Below the pieces are notes generated by a model that saw only the letters and a list, made by a program, of their open reading frames with translations, was not told the origin of the DNA and searched no databases. A stretch of DNA of 63,787 nucleotides, the filler included, from Octopus bimaculoides (taxonomy: Eukaryota): NCBI RefSeq assembly GCF_001194135.2. It is 9 parts of 9 records of this genome, joined end to end, with 100 filler letters (N's around TTAATTAATTAA, not from the genome) between each part and the next. Parts side by side here need not be neighbours in the genome. Positions count along the whole stretch, not along the records: positions 3,098 to 22,166 come from NC_068996.1; positions 22,267 to 27,123 come from NC_068983.1; 7 more parts are not named here. The stretch is one strand, 5' to 3'. Made by a program: the position numbers and the translations under genes. Numbering within the stretch: the stretch's first letter is position 1; each line of letters starts with the position of its first letter. This document shows, piece after piece, positions 13,150 to 25,576 of this stretch.

Positions 13150-13615
13150 ACACCGTCTATTCTCAGAATGTCTTGCAAACAACTCACACATGCAAGTGCT
13201 ACTAGTCAAGAACTCCGCATACCGGAAGCCAGCAAGTGTATGGGGTCATCAGGAGAGAATGCACGCCGTTTCGGGGCTTACCTCTCGACAGTATCAATGC
13301 GCACCGGCCCCCCTCACTGATATGAGGTCCCGCTTGCTAGATCAACTGGTTATTAAAAACAAAGCTCAATATTTCTCTAGCTATCACTCATCGTCTCGTT
13401 TTTAACCAAATCCAGTGACTTTTCCACTGTATTTTGGATATCGGTCATGGTGGTATTTACTTTACGATGAGTTAGGCCTAACGATAACAACAGTCATCTC
13501 ACACTGTGTCCAACAAACCCTCTACATCGACTTCGATTGGAAAATGCTCCGCTTTCCAGCCTGTGCCTTCGCGTTCCTCGAAGAGGTTTACATAACGGTC
13601 AATCTTTCAATGTTT
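13150..13615 (-). mobile_element. HERO-like RLE non-LTR retrotransposon 3' end, degenerate
   Basis: Minus strand with frameshifts: KIDRYVNLFEEREGTGWKAEHFPIEV-CRGFVGHSVR*LLLSLGLTHRKVNTTMTDIQNTVEK-SHWIWLK, matching the PIEVGCRGF...EKASxWxWxKR C-terminus. The 3'UTR boundary is approximate. Confidence 0.7.
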
Positions 13616-13764
13616 CTTGTTGTTACTTTAGATGTTACAGTTATTATTGTTGTTGTTGATGTTTACCAATATGTTAGCCATTACTGCATACATCCTATAA
13701 TTGATTGAGTTCTAGTTGTAGTTATGACTGCCACCTCGTTTGTATAAGGGTACTTTGTATATTA

Positions 13765-14075
13765 GGTACCTTATTTTATCAACCTCGAAAGGTGCTTATT
13801 TTATCAACCTCGAAAGGATGAAAGGCAAAGTCGTCCTCGGCGGAATTTGGACATAAAGACGAATGAAATACCGCTAAGCATTTTGCCCGGTGTGCTAACG
13901 ATTCTGCCAGCTTGTCGTCTTATAAGCATCCAAAATATTGATTTCAGGTTTTGACAAAAGGCCAGCAATTTTGGGACAGAGAATAAGACGATTACACGGA
14001 CTCCGGTACCCTACTGGTACATATATTGTATTGACCCTGGAAAGCTGAAAGGCAAAGGCGACCTTGAAGGAACTC
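13765..14075 (-). mobile_element. SINE family B fragments
   Basis: CTGGCAGAATCGTTAGCAC and CCTTTCATCCTTTCGAGGTTGATAAAATAAG segments on the minus strand. Confidence 0.7.
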
Positions 14076-14099
14076 AAAACGTAAAAATATTGGTGTATT

Positions 14100-14325
14100 C
14101 TTTTCTTTTATTCTTTTACTTGTTCCAGTCATTTGACTGCGGCCATGCTGGGGCACCGCCTTTAGTCGAGCAAATCAACCCCAGGACTTATTCTTTGTAA
14201 GCCTAGTACTTATTCTATCGATCCTTTTTGCCGAACCGCTAAGTTACGGGGATTAAACACACCAGCATTGGTTGTCAAACGATGATGGAGGGACAAACAC
14301 AGACACACAAACATATTCACACACA

Positions 14326-14363
<38 letters not shown>

Positions 14364-14537
14364 TACATACATACGACTGGCTTCTTTCAGTTTCCGTCTA
14401 CCAAATCCACTCACATGGCTTTGGTCGTCTCAAGGTAATAGTAGAAGACACTTAGCCAAGGTGCCACGCAGCGGGACTGAACCCGGAACCATGTGGTTCG
14501 TAAGCAAGCTACTTACCACACACCCACTTCTACGCCT
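14100..14537 (-). mobile_element. Full-length SINE family A
   Basis: Same structure as 10456-10869. Tail GGCGGTGCCCCAGCATGGCCGCAG at 14137-14160. Confidence 0.9.
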
Positions 14538-15394
14538 GCATCGTTTTAATTTAATATTTTAAAAAGAATTTAATTATTTAAAAATATTTTCTCACTTGTT
14601 TCTTTCTTCGTTCGTCATTTTTCAATTTGCCAATTTTCTATTTTGTCAGTTCCCCACGGTTTTCTCTCCTTTGCTTTACTCTACAATCTTTCACCTTTAG
14701 CCCTTGGTTTCCGCATCGATAAACCGCTATCCCTCATCCCACAAGTATCACCTCCTATCTTCTACTTGTTAATTCTTTCTTCCTTTCTCAACTTTACCTC
14801 TCTTAGCATATCACCCCTCTCTCACTATCCTACTACGGCGTCACCATATCACATCTCTCTGTACTAGATCAAAACGTAAAGTCGGACGAAATGTCGCAAC
14901 GCATTTTGTCCGGCAAACTAACGATTCTGTTAGCTCGCCGCCTTATAAGCATCCAAAATATTAAATAAGATAAATTCTTCAGTAGTACAGTAATCAAATA
15001 ACGGTTTAGGCTGCTTGAAGATTTATTTCATTTTTTACCCACGGCTATATATCTAAATATTTATACAAGCTCTCGCAAAACGACAAATATCACGACGTTC
15101 GTATTAGTATTATGGTTGTTGTTGTACATACACACATACACACACACATGCATACAAACTCACACTCACTAAGGAATTTACACATAAGCACACGTGCGCG
15201 CATATAATATATCTATACAATATATGCATGCAAGGAGCATTCATCACCTGACGTAATAATGTAATACGTATGTACTATGAGTGCTGAGTTTAATCATACA
15301 CTTTAATCATCACAATATTATAAAAATTGGAACATATAACTACCTTTACTTTAAGTAATCAACGATAATATGAGCAGTCTTTTGCAATGTTTAA

Positions 15395-15848
15395 TAGCAT
15401 TATTTAAGTAATATATAACTTTCGTATTTGGTATAGTTATTATTCTGCGTAAATCTGAGAGTTTGAAGTATTTTAGTATCATTAATCTTCAATAAACTTC
15501 TTTATTTTAGGTAGATTTTCTTTTTCGATATTTTCGTTATTATTTTAGTAATTATAATACGTATTTACCTCTGGTATTGGACGCCATGTTTATCACGTGA
15601 CTTTTCAGTATTAATTTTCATAGCAACATTTACGTACTATAGAATTTTCGTATGTGTATAGTTATTATTATGCGTTAATTTACCAGTTTAAGTGTTTTAG
15701 TATTTTTAATCCTCAAGAAACTTTTTATTTTAGGTAGATTTTCTTTTTCGATATTTTCGTTATTATTTTAGTAATTATAATACGCATTTACTTCTGGGTA
15801 ATAGACGCCATATTTATCACGTGACCTTTTAGTATAAATTCTATAGCA
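15395..15848. repeat. ~223-226-bp tandem duplication (2 copies)
   Basis: TTATTTTAGGTAGATTTTCTTTTTCGATATTTTCGTTATTATTTTAGTAATTATAATACG is identical at about 15502 and 15725. Confidence 0.85.
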
Positions 15849-17388
15849 CACTCATTTTGGTTTAATCTACAGTTACCCGCCGGCATATAAGTCATGTTTT
15901 CTAATTTTAATTTTCTAAACAAAATTGACATACGTCTTTTATTAACTTTATACACTAACATATTTTTTTACTATTATTTACTTATTCCATAATGTTTTAA
16001 CCTTGTTCACTATAATACTCTTTTTTGCAATATTTTTAGATTGTAACACTTAATAATTATATTAATACCGTTAATGTAGGGATTAGTTTACAGATTTTGT
16101 CTCTTTATATATTTTTTATTTCTCATCTTCATATTTATTGAATGATTTTAGGTATTTTCTTAGGGATTTGAGCTGAAGAGTGACTGATTTGGGGAGTAAA
16201 ATCATTTCGCCCATTCTAATGAACTTGGATATAATTTGTTTATGATTTAACGCACGTAGTCTATATACTAGCACTAACTTTTATACATCTATACCTTCAT
16301 ACTTTATATTATCGTATTAATTTTTACTGTCCATTTTATAAATTCAATTTTTAGATTTTTTTAAAATTAATATTTTTATGATGAATGTTCCTTTACATAT
16401 TTTATTTATGTGATATATTATTTAATTTAAAACTTTAGATTAAAATCTTAGATAAATATTAATATGGTACATGCCTCGCAGCATGGATTCGGACGGGTTC
16501 TGAGTTGACTGAGTTGTAGAGTGCTGGTTCGTCTCTAAATTAGTTATATACATATATATTATATATTACGAAACCCGGTGTAATACTATACCGAATTTTG
16601 CCTGTAAGGTTGGAATAAATTTTTATTCCCTAATATTATTACTATATATANNNNNNNNNNNNNNNNNNNNNNNNNNNNNNNNNNNNNNNNNNNNNNNNNN
16701 NNNNNNNNNNNNNNNNNNNNNNNNNNNNNNNNNNNNNNNNNNNNNNNNNNNNNNNNNNNNNNNNNNNNNNNNNNNNNNNNNNNNNNNNNNNNNNNNNNNN
16801 NNNNNNNNNNNNNNNNNNNNNNNNNNNNNNNNNNNNNNNNNNNNNNNNNNNNNNNNNNNNNNNNNNNNNNNNNNNNNNNNNNNNNNNNNNNNNNNNNNNN
16901 NNNNNNNNNNNNNNNNNNNNNNNNNNNNNNNNNNNNNNNNNNNNNNNNNNNNNNNNNNNNNNNNNNNNNNNNNNNNNNNNNNNNNNNNNNNNNNNNNNNN
17001 NNNNNNNNNNNNNNNNNNNNNNNNNNNNNNNNNNNNNNNNNNNNNNNNNNNNNNNNNNNNNNNNNNNNNNNNNNNNNNNNNNNNNNNNNNNNNNNNNNNN
17101 NNNNNNNNNNNNNNNNNNNNNNNNNNNNNNNNNNNNNNNNNNNNNNNNNNNNNNNNNNNNNNNNNNNNNNNNNNNNNNNNNNNNNNNNNNNNNNNNNNNN
17201 NNNNNNNNNNNNNNNNNNNNNNNNNNNNNNNNNNNNNNNNNNNNNNNNNNNNNNNNNNNNNNNNNNNNNNNNNNNNNNNNNNNNNNNNNNNNNNNNNNNN
17301 NNNNNNNNNNNNNNNNNNNNNNNNNNNNNNNNNNNNNNNNNNNNNNNNNNNNNNNNNNNNNNNNNNNNNNNNNNNNNNNNNNNNNNNN

Positions 17389-17420
<32 letters not shown>

Positions 17421-17459
17421 TACGCACACATATATGTATGTGTGTATACGTGTGTGTAG

Positions 17460-18692
17460 GGATAAGTCACAAACTGCGTGATCTCGGCATAGTTGGAAAA
17501 GTGAGAGAATGGCTTCATGACTTTCTGAAGGATAGAAGTCAGGTGGTAGTAACCAATGGGGCCACCTCCAATGATACACAAATAGTGAGCGGTGTTCCGC
17601 AAGGCACTGTTTTAGGACCACTACTGTTCATAATGGTCCTTTCAAACATTCCCTCAGCCACACAGAGAGCCACGGTCACAAGTTATGCAGATGATACTAA
17701 AGTCTCACATGTAATACAGAACCCTGAAGACACTATGTACCTGCAATGTGAACTGGATGAAATATACATGTGGGCTGAAAAGAATAACATGCAGTTTAAT
17801 GCTGAAAAGTTTCAAGCCTTGTGCTATCAGCATGCAAAACTAAATGTAGTACCCATTAAATACAATGGACCTGGAGGGACTGCAATCCCAGAAGCAGAGA
17901 CAGCGCGAGACCTGGGCATTTACATGAGTAATAATGCATCCTTTCATGTTCATGTTGCTAAATTGTCAGTGAAATGCATGCGACTGACCGGATGGATTCT
18001 TAGGACTTTTAGAACAAGAGATCAGGAAACCATGATGGTGCTCTGGAGGACACTTGTTCTAAGCCACTTTGACTATTGTTCTCAGCTATGGTCACCAACC
18101 AGTGTAAAATTAATCTCAGAACGTGAGGCAATCCAACGAAACTGTACGAAGAAGATAGCCTCTATGCAGCATATAAGCTATTGGGAAAGACTCAAGAGAT
18201 TAAGGCTCTATTCCTTAGAGCGCAGACGAGAAAGATATGCCATAATATACATCTGGAAGATCGTCGAAGGAATTGCCTCAAACTTTGGCATCGAAAGTTA
18301 CACAGATAAAAGAACTGGACGCTATTGCATAGTGTCAAGGACTCCAAGTTTGACATCAAGATGTAGGACAAGATACTGCAATAGCCTGGGTTTCAGAGGT
18401 CCACAGCTCTTCAATATCCTCCCGAAGGACCTGAGAGACCTGCATGCGGTGGATGTAGGTGTCTACAAGATAAGGCTGGACCTCTTCCTATCAGGTGTCC
18501 CAGATGAACCAACTTCACGGCAGGAGGTGCAGATGAGAGCAGCTGCATCAAACTCTCTCATGAACCAAATGTCAATTCCTGAAGTAAATTTCGTGAAGTA
18601 AAATTGTGTAGCAACACCAAATGGCGGTGCCCCAGCATGGCCACAGCTCATGAGCTGAAACTAGATAAAATGAATATGAAAATGAAATGAAT
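17460..18692 (+). mobile_element. 5'-truncated CR1-group LINE: RT C-terminal part, stop at 18601, and 3'UTR
   Basis: Open ORF with SGVPQGTVLGPLLF, YADDTK, WAEKNNMQFNAEKF, DLGIYMS, LRLYSLERRRERY. 3' tail at 18623-18692. Confidence 0.93.
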
Positions 18693-19515
18693 ATATATAT
18701 ATATNNNNNNNNNNNNNNNNNNNNNNNNNNNNNNNNNNNNNNNNNNNNNNNNNNNNNNNNNNNNNNNNNNNNNNNNNNNNNNNNNNNNNNNNNNNNNNNN
18801 NNNNNNNNNNNNNNNNNNNNNNNNNNNNNNNNNNNNNNNNNNNNNNNNNNNNNNNNNNNNNNNNNNNNNNNNNNNNNNNNNNNNNNNNNNNNNNNNNNNN
18901 NNNNNNNNNNNNNNNNNNNNNNNNNNNNNNNNNNNNNNNNNNNNNNNNNNNNNNNNNNNNNNNNNNNNNNNNNNNNNNNNNNNNNNNNNNNNNNNNNNNN
19001 NNNNNNNNNNNNNNNNNNNNNNNNNNNNNNNNNNNNNNNNNNNNNNNNNNNNNNNNNNNNNNNNNNNNNNNNNNNNNNNNNNNNNNNNNNNNNNNNNNNN
19101 NNNNNNNNNNNNNNNNNNNNNNNNNNNNNNNNNNNNNNNNNNNNNNNNNNNNNNNNNNNNNNNNNNNNNNNNNNNNNNNNNNNNNNNNNNNNNNNNNNNN
19201 NNNNNNNNNNNNNNNNNNNNNNNNNNNNNNNNNNNNNNNNNNNNNNNNNNNNNNNNNNNNNNNNNNNNNNNNNNNNNNNNNNNNNNNNNNNNNNNNNNNN
19301 NNNNNNNNNNNNNNNNNNNNNNNNNNNNNNNNNNNNNNNNNNNNNNNNNNNNNNNNNNNNNNNNNNNNNNNNNNNNNNNNNNNNNNNNNNNNATATATAT
19401 ATATATATATATTCATACATATATCTATATATATATGTGTGTGTGTATGAATATATACATAATATATGTCTAAATTATGAATACATACATACATACATGC
19501 ATATATATATATATA

Positions 19516-20675
19516 TAACAAATAATAAATGAGTATATGCATATATACGTACAGGTATGTGCATACCTACGTCTACCTGTATATATAGGTGCATATCTGG
19601 GTACAGGACATTGCAAACAAAACGTAGACAAGAAAATAATAATAACCAGAGTACAGAAAATACACAAGCCACATAGAGAACATTTTCCTTCATCAGCTAC
19701 CACCATATTAACACCGCGTTTCGAAGAGTTGGGCAGGACGCATCGTTAAAATGGCTCTTCCCAATTGTTGAAGTTTAAGTCAAGACAAACCTCAGAAGTG
19801 ATATACGTTATTATTTTGGAAATAAATTCACTGTCTTGCAACTGTTTCTGGGATAACCCAAAGTATAGGATATTCCGTCATCGGAGAGAAATAGGGAAAA
19901 TGTGAAAAGTATAGATGAATGAAACGGTGACACAGAAGACAGGAGAAAAGCAATAAAGAAATGAAGAAAAAGAAGACAGAGGAAGCATAAAAATTCACAG
20001 TTCAGCTTTCCGATTGTGTAGATGTTAGCTCATAAGTCCTTAGGTACAATTTTGTGTAAAGCCATGCATGGTTATAGGCTTAATAGTATAAATATCCAAA
20101 GATAAACGCGAACGAATTGAAGTTTCGTAAGAGAATTGTAGCGTAGGTGGCCACCATACTTTGTGATATCTCAGAAACAGCTGTAAGACTGAATGTTTCC
20201 AATAATTATAACGTATATGACTTGAGATGTTTGTCTTGCCTTAACGTCTGTTGTCCTCTTTAACAATTATATATCCGCTACATCGGATATCTTCAATGGT
20301 TCCATAACTTCCGTCTCTGCTATGACCTTGGAGCCCTGGTAATCCGTTACAGCACTTATCCAGCCGCCACTACATTCCTCCATGGCACAGGATTAATTTG
20401 CGTATACAAATTTAATTTGCGGTCCATGGGAAGAGCCGTTTTAACGATGCGTCCTGCCCAACTCTTCGAAACGCCGGTGTTAAAACGAGGGTAGCTGATG
20501 AAGGAAAATGTTCTCTATGTGGCTTGTGTGTTTTCTGTACTCTGGTTATTATTATTTTCTTGTCTACGTTTTGTTTGCAATGTCCTGTACCCAGATATGC
20601 ACCTATATATACAGGTAGACGTAGGTATGCACATACCTGTACGTATATATGCATATACTCATTTATTATTTGTTA
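19516..20675. repeat. 1.16-kb fold-back element with ~248-bp near-perfect terminal inverted repeats, inserted in (TA)n
   Basis: Arms 19516-19763 and 20427-20675 are reverse complements. A second, more diverged inverted pair lies at about 19773-19865 and 20155-20246. Confidence 0.85.
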
Positions 20676-20773
20676 TATATATATATATATATATTGAGAG
20701 AGAGAGAGAGAGAGAGACAGAGAGAGAGACAGAGAGAGACAGAGAGATTAGTGGTACAACAAGGCATCAATAC

Positions 20774-20842
<69 letters not shown>

Positions 20843-20959
20843 CATGAATTAACAGAATGCGATAAAAATCAAGGCTATGAGAGATTTCAGAACATTTATA
20901 AACAGAAAGTCTTATAGCTGTTTCCGAGATATTTTATATATCCCTTCATATATATATAT

Positions 20960-21975
20960 ACAACGGGCTTCCTTCAGTTTCCGTCCCCCAAATCCACTCA
21001 CAAGGCCTTGGTCGGCCCGAGGTTATAGTAGGAGACAATTGCCCAATGTGTCCCGTAGACGTAGTGGGATTCAACCCGGAACCATGTGCTTGGGAAGCAA
21101 ACTTCCTAACGCGCAGCCAATGTACACACATACATACACATATGTGTGTGTACATAAATATATATATGTGTGTGTATCACCAAATGCTCTCATAAGGCTT
21201 CGACTGACTCGGGGTTATACTTGACAACGTTGCTCAATATGTCATGCAGTGGGACTGAAACCAGGACCGTACGGGTGCGAAGCAATCCTTTTAACCACGC
21301 AGCCACGGCTTTATATACATACATGCATACATACATACATACATACGTACATACATACATACATACACACATACATACATACATACATACATACATACGT
21401 ACATACACACATACATACATATATACATACATATATACATACATACATACATATATACATACATACATACATACATACATACATTCATACATACATACAT
21501 ACATACATACACACATACATACATACATACATACATACGTACATACACACATACATACATACATACACACATACATGCACGCACATACACATACATACAT
21601 ACATACATACACTTTCGCACAAATGCATGTACTCTTTTACTTGGTTCAGTCATTTGACTGTGGCCAAGCTGAAGCACCGCCTTTATAGCCGTGCAAATCG
21701 ACCACAGAGCTTATTCTTTGTAAGCCTAGTACTTATTCTATCAGTCTCTTTTTGCCGAACCGCTAAGTTACGGGGACTTTAACACACCAGCATCGGTTGT
21801 CAAGCGATGTTGGGGGGGACAAACAGGCTTCTTTCAGACTCCATATACCAAATCCACTCACAAGGCTTCGTCGGCCCGAGGCTATAGTAGAAGATACTTG
21901 CCCAAGGTTCCATGCAGTGGGACTGAACACGGAACCATGAGGTTGGTGAGTAAGCTACTTACCACACAGCCACTC
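20960..21975 (-). mobile_element. Cluster of SINE family A copies around a long (TACA)n array
   Basis: Heads at about 20960-21117 and 21175-21305. Near-complete copy at about 21635-21975. Confidence 0.75.
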
Positions 21976-22134
21976 CTACACCTATATATATTTATTATAT
22001 ATTTTATTTCACTGGCAGCTCTTGCGTTTTATATCTCTTCCTGCTTTTGGTCTTTTCTTTCTCCGTCCTGTCTTCCTATCATTATAATCCCCTTAACTCT
22101 TCCTCCCATTCCCTCCTTCTTTCTCTCTCTCTCT

Positions 22135-22166
<32 letters not shown>

Positions 22167-22531
22167 NNNNNNNNNNNNNNNNNNNNNNNNNNNNNNNNNN
22201 NNNNNNNNNNTTAATTAATTAANNNNNNNNNNNNNNNNNNNNNNNNNNNNNNNNNNNNNNNNNNNNATGTCGCTAATCAAACTTTCTGAAATAACAGTCA
22301 ATAATCCCTTAAATTACTCCCTCTAGAGAAGCGTGGGGTAGACATTTGATAATATAAATCGAAATAGAAGACAGTAGGACGTCTTAGATATGAATAAAAC
22401 AATCGTAGGTTTCTTCACCATAAGACTCATCTTGGGCTAATCTTTTGATATTGTACTTGTTTCAGTCATTAGATTATGTGTGTATGTGTGCACGCACGCA
22501 CACACATACACTCACCACATACATACATACA

Positions 22532-22565
<34 letters not shown>

Positions 22566-23807
22566 CATCCATACATACACACACATATATATGTATAAAC
22601 ACACACAAATATGAACATACACACGTGTATGCATCTATATGCGTAAATATGTAAGTAAAGATCCATTGACTGCTATCTCAATAGTCAAACTTCCCAATTT
22701 GATTATAAGGAGCTGGCTGCTTTCCATTGATGGATATTTAATTGATATATTAGGCTGAAGGTTATATAGATAACAAAGCCAAAACGAGGGCTGCTCTCAC
22801 TTCGTGGTCTGCAGAGGAGCCAACTTTATTGTAATCGCGTTTTTCATACGGGCACCTGCACAAATCATTGTGTGTGTGTGCGTGTGTGTATATATGAGTG
22901 TGTATATATGTGTATGTATGTATGTATGTATGTATGAATGTATGTATGTATGTATGTATGTATGTATGTCTATCTATCTATATATATATATCATATATAT
23001 GAATTGGTAAAAACAGTATCTTTTCTTACACAAATCTGTTAAATGCGTAAATGAACGTGTGTTTCTTTCTGTGTATTAGCAATACTGTTGTAATATATTC
23101 TTTAAATTCCCATTTCTAAAAGAAAATAAGTTTTGACGCATGAAGACTCACTACAGTTCTACAGTTAGAGGAAAGACCTGGAAGAAATGACTACCATAAA
23201 TTCTGGTTTAACTGACGGTGTATTTTTCCTAAAATAAGTCTTCAAAATTTCTCTTGCATCCTTGAGGATGAAGGTTATACTTTCCATAAAACAATTTAAA
23301 CTTCAGGCAGGCTGTCAGTGTTAAAATTATCCTGTTCTCGTACACTGGGCATAAAAGAAAAGTTTATAGACCACACGTCTACAAAATCAACAGAAAGTGC
23401 ACGTAGCTAAATCAAAATAATGATAAAGGATGTGGATGTGTTGAGACCATGATGCAACTGGTTATTTACGCGGGTTCTCCGAAACATTCTTGGCTTTGAA
23501 TAAAAGAAAATACAGGAGGACCAGTTAATTATGATCTTATTCAGCATTCTCAGATTCACACACTTATTGCAGCAGTATATTTACATATATATATATATAT
23601 ATATATATATGTACTTTTACAAGATATTCATTTGCAGCTAAGTGACTGAAGCAATGTGATAGGAAATGCTTTGCTGAAGGACTTAATGCCTGTGTGGGAA
23701 TCGAAACTACGATTGCATGATCACGAATGCAACGAGTTAAGCACTAGTCCACGTACCTTCAAACACGCACACATACATACACGTGTGTCAATGTGTGTGG
23801 GGAGTAT

Positions 23808-23847
<40 letters not shown>

Positions 23848-24137
23848 TGTATGTGCACATGGTGTTTATGTAAGTAATAGATTAATATACGACGAATGAA
23901 ATAATTGATCCTAAGTCAGCAGGAAGTCGTGGACATAAGAGAATTTAACTAAAACTTGAAAGTACAGTAAACTATTTCTCTGTATATTTTCACGTTTAAT
24001 CATATTCAAATATACTTTGTAAGTACCGTGCTGAGAAGGAGCGTTGTAACTTTATACAGTACAATTCATAAAGAAGACTATATACGATCGGTCGATCTGT
24101 TGCAAATGACAGTCAAATGTTTTTCTAGCATGCCTTT

Positions 24138-24600
24138 TTAGAAAAAAAGATTAAGGCCAATCTACGGATTAAAGTAGCAGAAAGGTCTAGTGCCCCTATA
24201 AAATCCCTTGTCTGTAGAAGTTATCCGTTCGATAGGTCCTCATGTACGGAAAACAATTGTATTGCATGTAGGATGAACCCACAAGTTAGCTGTAACGTTA
24301 AGAATACAGTGTATAGCTACGATGTACTGAGAGACGATGCAGAAGCATGACAACTACTTACATTGTAGAGACAGCACGCAGCATAGGAGAGCGTAGAGGT
24401 GAACACTGGTTCAAAGAAGTCAAGGCTCGTCAGTGCTCTACCAACATGCTCAAGTAAAGCATAGAGGCTCAGTCAATAGCATAGAGGTCAAAGTATTATC
24501 AACGTATAAAACTGACAACTCTTAGACAGATCACAGAGGCTATACACATAGCAATAGACAGCCGAGAATCAACAGAAAACACGAATGGAACAATAACACC
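24138..24600 (+). mobile_element. Penelope-like element remnant: Cys-rich linker plus GIY-YIG endonuclease, frameshifted
   Basis: RIKVAERSSAPIKSLVCRSYPFDRSSCTENNCIAC...SCNVKNTVYS / CTERRC...TYIVETARSIGERRGEH / QHAQVKHRG...IEVKVLSTY / LRQITEAIHI / INRKHEWNNN. Not in the ORF track. Confidence 0.75.
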
Positions 24601-24735
24601 NNNNNNNNNNNNNNNNNNNNNNNNNNNNNNNNNNNNCACACACACACAACATGACGACTAAAGACTGATGGAAGAAAAAAAAACAGATATAAACAGCGTA
24701 ATACAATAGACATTTATGGTGCTACTAAGAAAATG

Positions 24736-24767
<32 letters not shown>

Positions 24768-25103
24768 GCACACACACACACATGTGCACACACACACACA
24801 TATGCACACACACACACACATTTGCACACACACACACACACATTTGCACACACACACACACACACAAACACAGACGCATGCGCATATAAGGATACATATC
24901 ATAGAAGAAAAGAATAGAATAAGCAGAACAAGAGCACACACGAAGTCGGAAAGTGTCACTGAGGTGGTCACAGATGTGTAACGAAGGATTTTCGAACAAT
25001 GGCCATGAGTTAGAATAAGAACAGTAATAATCGAGTGACGAACGATTATATACTACGTGTGCTTATTTGGCACAAAAAAAATGAACATCCCGAAATACAG
25101 CAG

Positions 25104-25195
<92 letters not shown>

Positions 25196-25528
25196 AATCT
25201 ATCTTACGTAACAAGGTGAGTTGAAATCTTCGATTAATAAGATTATCCATCCACATTGTCGACAAATTACCATCTATGAATATATAAAATTTAAAATGTA
25301 ACAAGCAAGGGACATAATTTCAATAAAGTGGATGAGTATAAAACTTAAACTCTATATGATAAAAAGTGCAATAAGGCAATGTATCTTGTATGTATAAAGC
25401 CAAATGGTGAAAGCAGATGACATGCTTCGGTCTAAATGGATCTATTCAGTGAGACATATTCTACTCATTTGACTCTACTAACAATAAATATGTACGTATG
25501 ATGAGAGATAGAGAGAAAGAGAGAGAGA

Positions 25529-25576
<48 letters not shown>

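Noticed and set aside
13225-13285. CGAAAC...CTGATGA on the minus strand as a type II/III hammerhead
   Set aside because: Both stem II flanks are CCCC and cannot pair. It lies in the HERO-like UTR.
16480-16585. CGAAACCCGGTGTA as the 3' half of a hammerhead
   Set aside because: No intact CUGANGA upstream and no stem I partner.
20428-20490. GAAGAG/CTCTTC plus CGTTTTAAC/GTTAAAACG pseudoknot as an HDV-like ribozyme
   Set aside because: No convincing P3, P1.1 GG or J4/2 catalytic C motif.
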